Translations under genes and position numbers: made by a program | The notes under the pieces: model-generated | The model's input: the letters and a program-made list of their open reading frames with translations, nothing else | Told to the model about the DNA's origin: nothing | Databases searched by the model: none | In this document: positions 17,289-26,246 of the stretch, one piece after another | Position numbering within the stretch: the stretch's first letter is position 1 | Layout: each line of letters opens with the position of its first letter | From: Candidatus Nealsonbacteria bacterium RIFCSPLOWO2_01_FULL_43_32 | Lineage (GTDB): Bacteria; Patescibacteriota; Minisyncoccia; Minisyncoccales; MHMH01 | NCBI GenBank assembly: GCA_001819335.1 | Contig: MHMH01000021.1 | Span: 1 to 62,835 of the forward strand | Length of the DNA stretch: 62,835 nucleotides | Direction of reading: 5' to 3'

Positions 17289-18042
17289 AAAGATGCCAAT
17301 CTTCGGTTTCGCCGTAGATGTTAATAAGGTCTTTTTCCGTTAAGTCGGCGGAGCATCCGTTAAAAACTATTTCGCCGTTTCTCATGCCGATGATGCTCGT
17401 GCCGTATCTTTTGGCGAAATCGAGAAAATGAAGGCTCGTGACCAAAGTGATGCCCTTTTTGCGGCAAATATTCGTCAACAAATCCATAATCTCTTTCATG
17501 AGCTTCGGGTCTAAACTGGAAACGGGTTCGTCGGCTAAAATGATTTCCGGGTTTTGAGATAAAGCTCGGGCGATGGCCACTCTTTGCTTTTGGCCGCCGC
17601 TTAAATCCGTCACCCGCTCCTTCTTAAAATCCGCCAAATTAACCATGGAGAGGCTTTCTCTGGCAACGGAGTAATCTTCCGGCGAGAATCTGCTAAAAAT
17701 GGTATTGAAGTTGGTATTGTATCTCAAACGGCCGTTAAGCACGTTTTGGGCTACGCTCTCTCTTTCGATCAGATTGAAATTTTGGAAGATCATGCCAATC
17801 TTGCCCCTAATCTGATATACCTTTTCCAAAGGACTGTGCAGAATATCTTCGCCGTTGATGAATATTCTGCCGGACGAAGGCTCAACCAGCCGGTTGATCG
17901 CTTTAAGCAAAGTCGATTTCCCCGAACCGGAAGAGCCGACGATAACCAAACTTTCGCCCTTTTGGATTTCAAGATTAATATTTTTCAGGGCTTCGATCCC
18001 TCGATTTTGATAAGTATGGCTAAGATTCTCTATTTTGATCAT
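17269..18042 (-). CDS. phnC: Phosphonate ABC transporter ATP-binding protein
   Basis: 257 aa. Walker A GSSGSGKST, signature LSGGQKQR, Walker B ILADEP. PhnC-like IGMIFQNFNLIERESV. Confidence 0.88.
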   Translation of the reverse strand: MIKIENLSHTYQNRGIEALKNINLEIQKGESLVIVGSSGSGKSTLLKAINRLVEPSSGRIFINGEDILHSPLEKVYQIRGKIGMIFQNFNLIERESVAQNVLNGRLRYNTNFNTIFSRFSPEDYSVARESLSMVNLADFKKERVTDLSGGQKQRVAIARALSQNPEIILADEPVSSLDPKLMKEIMDLLTNICRKKGITLVTSLHFLDFAKRYGTSIIGMRNGEIVFNGCSADLTEKDLINIYGETEDWHLYGKTGF

Positions 18043-18953
18043 TTTATTTGGCGGCGCCTGGGGCTGGCCACGTCCATGCCTAAAATTGCCGCAGTTTGCC
18101 TAATGATGTCGTAATCGCTGTCAGATACTTCCTGGTACTTGGCGATATCGCCCCAGCCCGAGACCTCGTGAATCGTCTGCTCCTGCATATTAATCAAAGC
18201 GTCTTTAATTTTCTGCTTCAATGCTTGAGGCAAATCTCCCCTGATGGCAATGGGCGAGCCGGGAATCGACGGCGAGGTAAAGATGATTTTATTAACCGCC
18301 GGGTCAATTTCGCCGGCTTTAACCATTCTATCATAAGAGTTGTCGCTGTCCGCTCCCGCAGCCACTTTTTTATTGGCAATGGCGTATTCCACCGCATTGT
18401 GAGTGCCGGCGTAAAAAACCGTACTGAAATCTTTATCGGGATCTATCCCGTTTTCCAGCAGCATTTTTCTCGGAATCAAATTGCCCGAGGTTGAAGCCGG
18501 GTCGACAAAAGCGAAGCTTTTGCCTTTTAAATCTTCAAGTTTCGTGATGCCGCTGTCGGCTCTCGCCACAATAACCGAATGATAATCCGATTTGCCGTCG
18601 CTTCTCCTTACGCCATTGACGATGGCCTCGGCTCCGGCCATATTTTTAGCAATAATATAAGAGAATGGTCCGAACCAGGCCATTTCAATGTGTTTGGACC
18701 TCATCGCCTCAATAGCCGCCGTGTAATCGGAAGTCACCTGGATTTCCACGGGCATGCCTAATTTTTCCGAAAGATAAGCCCTCACGGGCTCGTAATCTCT
18801 AATCATTTCTTCGGCGTCATCGGCCGGAATAAGTCCCATCCTTAAAACTTTAATTTCATTTCCTCCACTGGGTTGATTTTTAACTGCTTGCCAAACCCCT
18901 ACTCCTAAAATAATAACGACGACTGCAACTAATAATTTGGCCATTTTTGACAT
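18039..18953 (-). CDS. phnD: Phosphate/phosphite/phosphonate ABC transporter substrate-binding protein
   Basis: 304 aa. N-terminal anchor, then a PhnD-family pattern: LRMGLIP, AAIEAMRSKHIEMAWFGPFSY, FVDPASTSGNLIP. Confidence 0.88.
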   Translation of the reverse strand: MSKMAKLLVAVVVIILGVGVWQAVKNQPSGGNEIKVLRMGLIPADDAEEMIRDYEPVRAYLSEKLGMPVEIQVTSDYTAAIEAMRSKHIEMAWFGPFSYIIAKNMAGAEAIVNGVRRSDGKSDYHSVIVARADSGITKLEDLKGKSFAFVDPASTSGNLIPRKMLLENGIDPDKDFSTVFYAGTHNAVEYAIANKKVAAGADSDNSYDRMVKAGEIDPAVNKIIFTSPSIPGSPIAIRGDLPQALKQKIKDALINMQEQTIHEVSGWGDIAKYQEVSDSDYDIIRQTAAILGMDVASPRRRQIK

Positions 18954-18995
18954 ATTTTTAGTTAAATTAAATTTTAATAATAAATAATGATGTGA

Positions 18996-19763
18996 TTACG
19001 TTTCCCGACCTTTAAAAATTTGCCTTACTTTTTCTAAATCCTGCTCCGTATCTATCTCCCACCAGTTTTTCTTAATCAGGACGGGATAAACCTCAAACCC
19101 CCTGTCAATCAACTCTTGAAGCATATCGGTCAAATAAGCTTTCTCGAAGGTCGCTGCTTGCTGAAAGGGCTTTCCCCAATATTGGCTTTTCACTCTTTGA
19201 AATTCTTTTTTAAAGATTGCGGCGCCCTGCTCACTGAATTTAACCAGACCGATAAACTCGCCTTGCGAGTCTTGAACGGTTAAATGTTTCCCGATTTTTA
19301 ACACTTGGCCGCCTTGAATCATGACTTTTTCTGCTTCTTCTAACGGGTGTTCTGTCCTGTCTTGATAATATTCCTGCCAATCAATATCAACCACCACGGC
19401 AATGTCATTTTTATTCTCCAGCAATCTCTCCACCACGCTTTTGTCGTAGAGAATATCACTGTAAGCAGCGATGAAGCTCCCATTCATTGCCGACTCGGCA
19501 CAAAATAGAGAGTTTAAAATATTGTTATTTTGATAATTGGCGTTTTCGTAGTATTTTATGCCGGGGAAATTTATTTTATTGCCCTGATATCCCCTGACTA
19601 TTGCCGCATCTGTTATCCCGCAGAGCTTTAACGTTTGCAGTTGTCGCTCCATAATTGTTTTATCGCCTATTCTTAAGAGACACTTGGGGATATCATTGGT
19701 CAGGGGATTTAAGCGTTTCCCCATGCCAGCGGCAATGATGATGGCCTTGGAAATCTTATTCAT
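18996..19763 (-). CDS. LicC-like nucleotidyltransferase, paralogue of 15781-16485
   Basis: 255 aa. IIIAAGMGKRLNPLTNDIPKCLLRIG...YSDILYD...WWEIDTEQDL. Confidence 0.7.
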   Translation of the reverse strand: MNKISKAIIIAAGMGKRLNPLTNDIPKCLLRIGDKTIMERQLQTLKLCGITDAAIVRGYQGNKINFPGIKYYENANYQNNNILNSLFCAESAMNGSFIAAYSDILYDKSVVERLLENKNDIAVVVDIDWQEYYQDRTEHPLEEAEKVMIQGGQVLKIGKHLTVQDSQGEFIGLVKFSEQGAAIFKKEFQRVKSQYWGKPFQQAATFEKAYLTDMLQELIDRGFEVYPVLIKKNWWEIDTEQDLEKVRQIFKGRET

Positions 19764-20497
19764 GTTTTAATATTTTTAATTCCCTGATATTGCTTAAATA
19801 ACAATACGAAATACATCAGCGGGGAAAGAATTCCGTAAAAAATAACGATTAAAGACACTTTATCTATAATAACGGCCAAAGGAATCCAAAAAATAATGCC
19901 GGTGGTTATACCCCCAAAGGACGACAAGATTCTCTTTAATCTCTTATCTGAATAAAAAGCTCTCTCGCCGGCTTTCCGATAGGCCCCTTCCGACTGCCGG
20001 CCCGACTGTAAAATAGCGCTGATGTATCTAAGCTTGGCCAAGCGAAGCAACACCTTAAACATTGAGGCGGAAAATCCTAAAAGAATCAGCAAGATCGGGT
20101 AAACAAACGCAGCATATGCTCCCAAAGCCAAAGGAATAAACAGCGCGGCGCACTTAATGTCATGAGTCATCGGTTCCATAAAAGAGCCCCCGAGGCCGCT
20201 GCCCGAACCCCGGTACCTGGCCACCTCGCCGTCGCTTAAATCTATAATGTGGGCCAGCCAAAGAAGAGCAATGCCCGTTAAACTCCACCAATACTCTCCT
20301 TTAATAAAACAAAGACTGCCTAAAACAAAGAGAACCGTGCCCCAAATTGTAACTTGGTTCGCGGTAAGCCTCTTAAAATGTAAAAAGAACCAAGTAAAAT
20401 AGATGGAAAAATTCCGAAAGAATCGGTTGATGAAAGATTCTTTCCCTGCTTCTCCCTGTTTCTGACAGATTTTTCTTAATTCTTTGATTGATTCCAT
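19760..20497 (-). CDS. CDP-alcohol phosphatidyltransferase-family membrane protein
   Basis: 245 aa, polytopic. DLSDGEVARYRGSGSGLGGSFMEPMTHD resembles the DG(x2)AR...G(x3)D(x3)D signature. ATGA-coupled to the nucleotidyltransferase. Confidence 0.75.
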   Translation of the reverse strand: MESIKELRKICQKQGEAGKESFINRFFRNFSIYFTWFFLHFKRLTANQVTIWGTVLFVLGSLCFIKGEYWWSLTGIALLWLAHIIDLSDGEVARYRGSGSGLGGSFMEPMTHDIKCAALFIPLALGAYAAFVYPILLILLGFSASMFKVLLRLAKLRYISAILQSGRQSEGAYRKAGERAFYSDKRLKRILSSFGGITTGIIFWIPLAVIIDKVSLIVIFYGILSPLMYFVLLFKQYQGIKNIKT

Positions 20498-20508
20498 ACA
20501 ATATCTAT

Positions 20509-20557
20509 ATTATTACGGAAGCCGTTGAACATGTCAAGAGGTGTCAAAAAGGGTCAT
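20509..20557 (-). promoter_or_regulatory. Internal promoter with three phased 10-bp repeats (second copy of the 18-nt element)
   Basis: Minus strand: TGACCCTTTT TGACACCTCT TGACATGTTC, with TTGACA at 20537-20532, a 17-nt spacer and AATAAT at 20514-20509. The ATG at 20497 lies 11 nt downstream. Confidence 0.6.
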
Positions 20558-22233
20558 TCATCTAAAAATTCTACCGCTTGGTCAACGACCCACTTCGAAC
20601 CGTTCTGATAGGGATTGCCAAAGAATTGCTCCTGTAATTTGATCAAATCTTCTTTGGGCACGTCAATGCTTTTTCTAATTTTATCAATCAGGTCCTGGGG
20701 ATCTTTGGCGAAAAAACGGCCCTGAAAATCAAAAGTCCTGATATCAAAGTAATCCCCCCACCTGTCTGTCCAGAAAAACACCAGGGGTTTGAGCTGAGCC
20801 AACCCCTCCAGGACCGAAGTGCTATGAGAGCCCACCACCACCCGGGATTGCGAAATTGCCTGATGAATATCCCCCTTTAAAACCTTTATCCTTTCCAATA
20901 TGCCCGGTTCATTCTTTTTCAACCAATCCTCAAAGCCGTCTCTTTGAGGCCGAATCTTTAAAGACAAAGCAAAATCTTTTACTAACAGCAGAGCCAAAAG
21001 ATAGGGCATTACTTCTTTAGGGTCGGCTAACTGCTCAGAGATAAAAAGAACCTTTACGGGACCCGTGGAAGGGGCCGCCTCCTCGACATTCTTTCTTTCT
21101 AAAGGACGCATATGGCCGGACACACCGAGTTGTTCTGGTTTAAAAGCACGGCTGTATTTAAGATAATAGTCTCGCCACCAATTTGACCAAAGACCATACT
21201 TGTCGAGGGAAAGTGGCTTTTTGCCATCAAACTCGGGCATAAAATCAGAAACAAAGTAATAACGGGGTATCGCGCCATGCTGAATGCCTACCGTTTTTAT
21301 TCCGGCTAATTTACAGCCCAAAACTTCATAGAAAGTGCGATTGCATCCCGCAGTGGTTATAGCAGCCTTAACTCCTATCCACTGCAAAATAAACTTCATT
21401 ACCCGGATAGACCAAATAGTTCCCCTAATATTGCGAAGATAATGAGTAGAAACTTGAAACCAAAAACGCTCCTCGGGGTCGATATTCGAAAAAGGAGGCG
21501 AATAACGACCGAAGCAATTGGCAAAAGAATTTATAAATCCAATGATGGCCGTAGAATAAACCACCGGCCTTTTTCTCCGCCAAGCATGCCCTAAGACCGT
21601 CATTGAGGACTCCAAGCTCCGGATAAATTCAACAAAAGGAATTTTTCTTTTTCTTAACTCCTCATAGATAAATTTTTGCCGGTAATCAAAATCATACGGG
21701 GGATCAAATTTGTCGCTTGTCCGAACCATCAATGCGGGCCTCGTAATCTTTAGCCAGAGTAAAAAACCAAGAGAAAGCAGACACTGGATAAAAACACCCG
21801 AGGGGACGGGCAATAAGTTTCTGAACCGAAACTGGCTGATGATGGTGCACCGGCGATCGTGGGCTCTTAAGAAATATTGGAAAAGATGAGGCCAAGGTGC
21901 TTGGAAAAGAGATACTCTCTCAAAATTCTTTAAATAGAACAATAACTTACGGTATTGGGTGTAAGGCAAACAAAATTTATAGTGGATACTCTCATAGTGC
22001 ATCCACCAAAGCTCATAACCCTGCAAATTTACCAGTTTTGACAAACGGGAGCCGTCAGGCAGAATGAAACGGGAAAGTTTATTGCTAAGCGCGTAAGCCT
22101 GCTGGATGCTGCCGGGACTGATGAAATTTTGCAGTTCTTTTGGGCCGATAATCTCATCAAACTGCCGGTACCATTTTTTGGGTTTTGAGGGAAAATCTTT
22201 GCCAAAGATTACTAAGAGAGATTTTTTATTCAT
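20554..22233 (-). CDS. Uncharacterized 559-aa protein, possibly a GT-B-like (TagF/capsule-type) transferase
   Basis: Long ORF in operon context. The C-terminal half (VGIQHGAI..., VKVLFISEQ..., VVVGSHSTSVLEG) looks like a two-Rossmann transferase, but I recognise no specific family. Confidence 0.4.
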   Translation of the reverse strand: MNKKSLLVIFGKDFPSKPKKWYRQFDEIIGPKELQNFISPGSIQQAYALSNKLSRFILPDGSRLSKLVNLQGYELWWMHYESIHYKFCLPYTQYRKLLFYLKNFERVSLFQAPWPHLFQYFLRAHDRRCTIISQFRFRNLLPVPSGVFIQCLLSLGFLLWLKITRPALMVRTSDKFDPPYDFDYRQKFIYEELRKRKIPFVEFIRSLESSMTVLGHAWRRKRPVVYSTAIIGFINSFANCFGRYSPPFSNIDPEERFWFQVSTHYLRNIRGTIWSIRVMKFILQWIGVKAAITTAGCNRTFYEVLGCKLAGIKTVGIQHGAIPRYYFVSDFMPEFDGKKPLSLDKYGLWSNWWRDYYLKYSRAFKPEQLGVSGHMRPLERKNVEEAAPSTGPVKVLFISEQLADPKEVMPYLLALLLVKDFALSLKIRPQRDGFEDWLKKNEPGILERIKVLKGDIHQAISQSRVVVGSHSTSVLEGLAQLKPLVFFWTDRWGDYFDIRTFDFQGRFFAKDPQDLIDKIRKSIDVPKEDLIKLQEQFFGNPYQNGSKWVVDQAVEFLDE

Positions 22234-22236
22234 GTC

Positions 22237-23715
22237 TTAAAAATATTTTTCCTGGTAAATCCTTTTCAATTCTTCAAACATCTTATTCCCCTCTTCGTCA
22301 AACTTTTCCGCTATTTTAATCTTAGGCCATTCCGTTTTGGAAAATCTCGCGTATAAGGGGAAAGTCCTCTGCAAGCCCTTCAATTCTTCGTAGGTGATGG
22401 AATCCATGTTAAGCCTGACGCTGTCCGTCAAATTGTGCACTTTGGCGTTTTTATCAAGGTAATCCTTTTTAATACAATATTGATACAAAGTTGTACCTTT
22501 ATAAGGAACGAAAAGATAGCAATTGATGGTGCGGGGATTTAATTGGCGATTTAATTCAATGGTATCGAAAATAAGCTCTCTTGTTTCGTCGGGGAAACCA
22601 ATAATATTGTTAACAGTATAGAGTATCCCGTATTTCTCAACCATCTTCAAACCCTTCAGCATCTGCTGATTTGAGCCGGAACGGTTAAGTATTCTTTTCC
22701 GAAATTCTTCATTCCCGTGTTCAATGCCAAATTGCAGGGTCTCGCAATTCATTTCTTTTAGAATCTTTATTTTTTCTTCGGTGACGGTTTCCGGCCTAGT
22801 CTGACACCAAAAAGGCAGGCCGATTTCTTTATATTTTTCAGCAAACTCCTGAAGTTCTTCCAAGGGTTTTGCTAAAAATGTTTCTGAATTAAAATTAACA
22901 TAGTCAGGATTGTATTTTTTGACCAAGTGCCTCATTTCCGCTATTAATCTGTCTATGTTCTTTCTTCTGTAATATAAACCGCAACCTTTCTCTTGAAATA
23001 TTTTTTTGAGCTGAGGAGCCCCGCAGTAAGTACAATTATTAGGACAGCCCCGATCCATCTCTACATGCATCATAGTGTAAATCTTGCCGAACATCGGCCG
23101 GGCCAGCCTTTCTTTGCCGAAAATATCGTAATCAATATAAGGAAGTTTATTAATGTCAGTGAGCGACCTTAGGGGATTTTTCACAATCTTCCCCTCTTTT
23201 TTAACCCAAAGGTTTTTGACTTGAGAATAATCCTCGCCTTTTGACAATTTCTGACAAAGTTCTGCCAAAGTCTCTTCGCCTTCGCCGAGACAAATCATGT
23301 CAACCGCCTTATTTTGAATCACTTCTTCTGGTGAAAAAGTCACATAAACACCTCCGGCAATAACCGGAATATCAAAATCTTTTATCTTCTCTAATAGGGC
23401 TTGAGCTAAATCCCAGGTATCTTCAACAATAGTTAAAGCAATTAAATCAGGCCTAAATTTACTAACCTTTTTGATCAAATCGCCGTAAATATCGGTTTCT
23501 GTAAACTGCACTCCCTTGTCAGCCAGATTAAAGGGCTTCAACTGCAACAATTCCACCCTTTTTTGCTCAAAACTAATATCTTCTGTTTTATAGAAAGTCG
23601 TATCAAACAAATCAACCTCAAAGCCCCTCTCCTTCAAACAAGCTGAAAGCAAAGACAAATTGATTGGCACTAAAGTCGCCATCATTGTGTTGGGATAAAT
23701 GAACAATATTTTCAT
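22237..23715 (-). CDS. B12-binding-domain radical SAM protein (subfamily A)
   Basis: 492 aa. N-terminal Rossmann-like domain with GEGEETL, then NLWVKKEGKIVKNPLR and Fe-S motif DRGCPNNCTYCGAP. Confidence 0.9.
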   Translation of the reverse strand: MKILFIYPNTMMATLVPINLSLLSACLKERGFEVDLFDTTFYKTEDISFEQKRVELLQLKPFNLADKGVQFTETDIYGDLIKKVSKFRPDLIALTIVEDTWDLAQALLEKIKDFDIPVIAGGVYVTFSPEEVIQNKAVDMICLGEGEETLAELCQKLSKGEDYSQVKNLWVKKEGKIVKNPLRSLTDINKLPYIDYDIFGKERLARPMFGKIYTMMHVEMDRGCPNNCTYCGAPQLKKIFQEKGCGLYYRRKNIDRLIAEMRHLVKKYNPDYVNFNSETFLAKPLEELQEFAEKYKEIGLPFWCQTRPETVTEEKIKILKEMNCETLQFGIEHGNEEFRKRILNRSGSNQQMLKGLKMVEKYGILYTVNNIIGFPDETRELIFDTIELNRQLNPRTINCYLFVPYKGTTLYQYCIKKDYLDKNAKVHNLTDSVRLNMDSITYEELKGLQRTFPLYARFSKTEWPKIKIAEKFDEEGNKMFEELKRIYQEKYF

Positions 23716-24479
23716 TAATTGTTTTTGTAAGGAGTTTTGTCTCCGGTGAAGCCATTATATTTCAGCCACCATTCAACTTGACCCCATTGCCACTCGTAAT
23801 CAATGTCCAAGCCCGCCTCATTTTCAATGGGATAAATTTTCTGGCCCATCCACTGCTGGGGCTTCACACCTTCTTCGATATTGTCCAAGCATCTGGGTCT
23901 CACCAAAGAAAGCGCCACGTCAGCCAGCCAAGCATCACCGGCTGAATCCCGGTCGCAGCTCATGGTCTTGGGGTCGCCAAAGGCCTCAAGAGGCACAAAG
24001 GGTTCTATCAAGCCGTCTTTGTTGATTTTTCTCATTCTGTTGGGGTGGTACATGTTGTATTTGCCCACTGTAATGACCGAGTCGTAATCAGGGTGCTCCC
24101 TTAAGATTTCAACTCCCTTGTCAATCTGGCTCGCCAAAACTGTCGGAGCGTTGCAGTGCAATAACGCAATGAATTCCACCTCCTTGCCTTCTTTTTTCAA
24201 TTCATCGCGGATGACGTTGAACCCGTGAACGAATGCGTCCTGGCCCAGGGCCTTATGGCCGGCCAGTTCCGCGGGCCGGTCGATGACCCTAGCTCCTTGC
24301 TGCTTGCTGATTTCTTTTATTTTGTCTGAATCCGTAGAAACATAAACTCTTTCTACATATTTAGAATTTTGGGCAGCTAATATGGGGTAAACCATGAGAG
24401 GCCTACCCAAAGCTGGCTTAATATTTTTCCCGGGGAACCCTTGGCTCCCCTCCCGGCCGATAAGTAAAGCGACAATCAT
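23715..24479 (-). CDS. Acylneuraminate (CMP-sugar) cytidylyltransferase-family protein
   Basis: 254 aa. ALLIGREGSQGFPGKNIKPALGRPLMVY...VYVSTDSD...RPAELA is a NeuA/CTP_transf_3-type N-terminus. Confidence 0.8.
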   Translation of the reverse strand: MIVALLIGREGSQGFPGKNIKPALGRPLMVYPILAAQNSKYVERVYVSTDSDKIKEISKQQGARVIDRPAELAGHKALGQDAFVHGFNVIRDELKKEGKEVEFIALLHCNAPTVLASQIDKGVEILREHPDYDSVITVGKYNMYHPNRMRKINKDGLIEPFVPLEAFGDPKTMSCDRDSAGDAWLADVALSLVRPRCLDNIEEGVKPQQWMGQKIYPIENEAGLDIDYEWQWGQVEWWLKYNGFTGDKTPYKNN

Positions 24480-24508
24480 ATTGTTTATTGTGTTTATTAA
24501 TTATTAAT

Positions 24509-25267
24509 TTAATCACCCCCAGCTACAGTAAAAGTTTCTCCGGTAATGTAATCACCTCCCCTGGAAGCTAAAAAAAGAACCATTTGAGCGATATCAGAGG
24601 GTCTGCCCATTCTTCCCAGAGGAGTTAACTTTACTCTTTTTTGAAGATCTGCCTTTGTCCGATGAATTTTCTGATGGAAAAGAGTATCAATAATTCCTCC
24701 TCTCACGGTATTAACCAAAACATTGTAGGGAGCGCCTGCCCGAGCCAACCCCTTAGTTATCGCCTCCAGGGCAGCTTTGGCTGCTCCATAATGCAGGGTA
24801 GTTGCTGAACCGCCATATTTTGCTGCGACAGAGCTGATATTAATTATCCTGCCTCCTCGCTGTTTTTCCATACATCTGAAAGCTTCCTGAGCTAAGAAAA
24901 AAGGAGCGGCGGCATTAAGGGCAAAGGTTTTCTCCCAAGACCTTTCATCAAGCGACAAAAAATCTTTGACTCCGTAGACTCCGCCGGCATTATTAACCAA
25001 AACATCTATTCGGCCGAATTTTTGGATAAACTCACGAATTAAGTTATGACGACTGGCACTTTTGGTCAAATCGGCCTCCTTTAAAATTTCAGCTCGTCCT
25101 CCAAAAGAAGTTATTTTCCTTCTCAATTCTAATGCTCTTTTTTGGGATTGGTAATAATGGATGCCCACTAAAGCTCCATGCTTAGCAAAAAGCTCAGCTG
25201 TGGCAACGCCAATGCCGCCGTTAGCTCCGGTAATGAGAACTTTTTTGTTTTTTATTTCTTTAAACAT
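24509..25267 (-). CDS. Short-chain dehydrogenase/reductase
   Basis: 252 aa. TGANGGIG, NNAG and S...YGAAK catalytic pattern. Confidence 0.9.
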   Translation of the reverse strand: MFKEIKNKKVLITGANGGIGVATAELFAKHGALVGIHYYQSQKRALELRRKITSFGGRAEILKEADLTKSASRHNLIREFIQKFGRIDVLVNNAGGVYGVKDFLSLDERSWEKTFALNAAAPFFLAQEAFRCMEKQRGGRIINISSVAAKYGGSATTLHYGAAKAALEAITKGLARAGAPYNVLVNTVRGGIIDTLFHQKIHRTKADLQKRVKLTPLGRMGRPSDIAQMVLFLASRGGDYITGETFTVAGGD

Positions 25268-26246
25268 TTTCTTTGAGTTTTAATATCTCGGTTGTTCTAA
25301 AAGCACAACCATTGCAAATTTTGACTTCATAAGATCGACCTTTTTCGTTAAGTTCTCGGATTTTCTCCATAATTTCTCCCCGCCAAGCAACCTGAATACT
25401 GTCTCCCCGATTAACATTACCGAGATTATAAGAATTGGAATAATCAAACTGGCAAATGGTAATAGTGCCGTCCCATCTCACCATCATCCTCTGCCAAAGA
25501 TAGGGGCAAGCCCAATCACCGATTAAATTCTGGCTTAAATAAGAATAATCCTTAAAATCGATAAAAGCTATCTCGTCAACTATATTTTCCCAAAAATGTT
25601 TATACTCATCCAGGACAGGAACTAATTCCGGCAAAGCCACAGTTTGAATTCTGACCAACGGTCGCTCTTTTTTCATTTCCCTTTTCAGTTGAATAAAATC
25701 TCTAATATTTTTTAAAACCTTATCAAAGTTAGCTCCCACTCGGTATTTTTCATAAACCTCAGCCGTGGTTCCCTCAAAAGAAATGGAGAGCCTGTCTAGT
25801 CCAGTCTCGATAATTTTTTTACTGACATCTTGAGTCAATAGGACGGCATTAGTGTTGAAATAAATATCTATTATTCCCTTTTTCTTGGCATAAGCTATCA
25901 TCTCTGGCAGGGCCTTATTTAATAAAGGTTCTCCCCGTCCTCCGGAGTTAAGCTTGACGGCGCAAAGACCATTTACTGCTCCTTCGTCAATAATTTTCTT
26001 GAAAGTGTCAAAGGACATAAATCCTTGGCCGCCGATTGGCTCATAATTGGTGGCGCAAAAGGAACACTTTAAATTGCACAAGCAAGTAGTCTCAATGTCT
26101 AGGTGGAGCGGGAATTCGCCTGCGGTAAAGGTTTTGGGTCGAGTCTCCCAGTTCTTGCGGTATTCCAAAAAACGAGGCTCTTGGCTCCGCAAGACGCTTT
26201 TCCCGCCAATGGTATGAAAATTAGCATTTACTTTAATTTCTGTCAT
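25260..26246 (-). CDS. Radical SAM protein with SPASM/twitch-like C-terminal Cys cluster
   Basis: 328 aa. ETTCLCNLKCSFCAT, and C-terminal CPYLW...ICQFD...ICNGCAF. Confidence 0.85.
   Translation of the reverse strand: MTEIKVNANFHTIGGKSVLRSQEPRFLEYRKNWETRPKTFTAGEFPLHLDIETTCLCNLKCSFCATNYEPIGGQGFMSFDTFKKIIDEGAVNGLCAVKLNSGGRGEPLLNKALPEMIAYAKKKGIIDIYFNTNAVLLTQDVSKKIIETGLDRLSISFEGTTAEVYEKYRVGANFDKVLKNIRDFIQLKREMKKERPLVRIQTVALPELVPVLDEYKHFWENIVDEIAFIDFKDYSYLSQNLIGDWACPYLWQRMMVRWDGTITICQFDYSNSYNLGNVNRGDSIQVAWRGEIMEKIRELNEKGRSYEVKICNGCAFRTTEILKLKENV

Noticed and set aside
16497-18953. PhnCDE as evidence of phosphonate catabolism
   Set aside because: No C-P lyase (phnGHIJKLM), phosphonatase or PhnWX-type gene is in the window, so a catabolic reading is unsupported here. 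The genome outside the window could still encode them.
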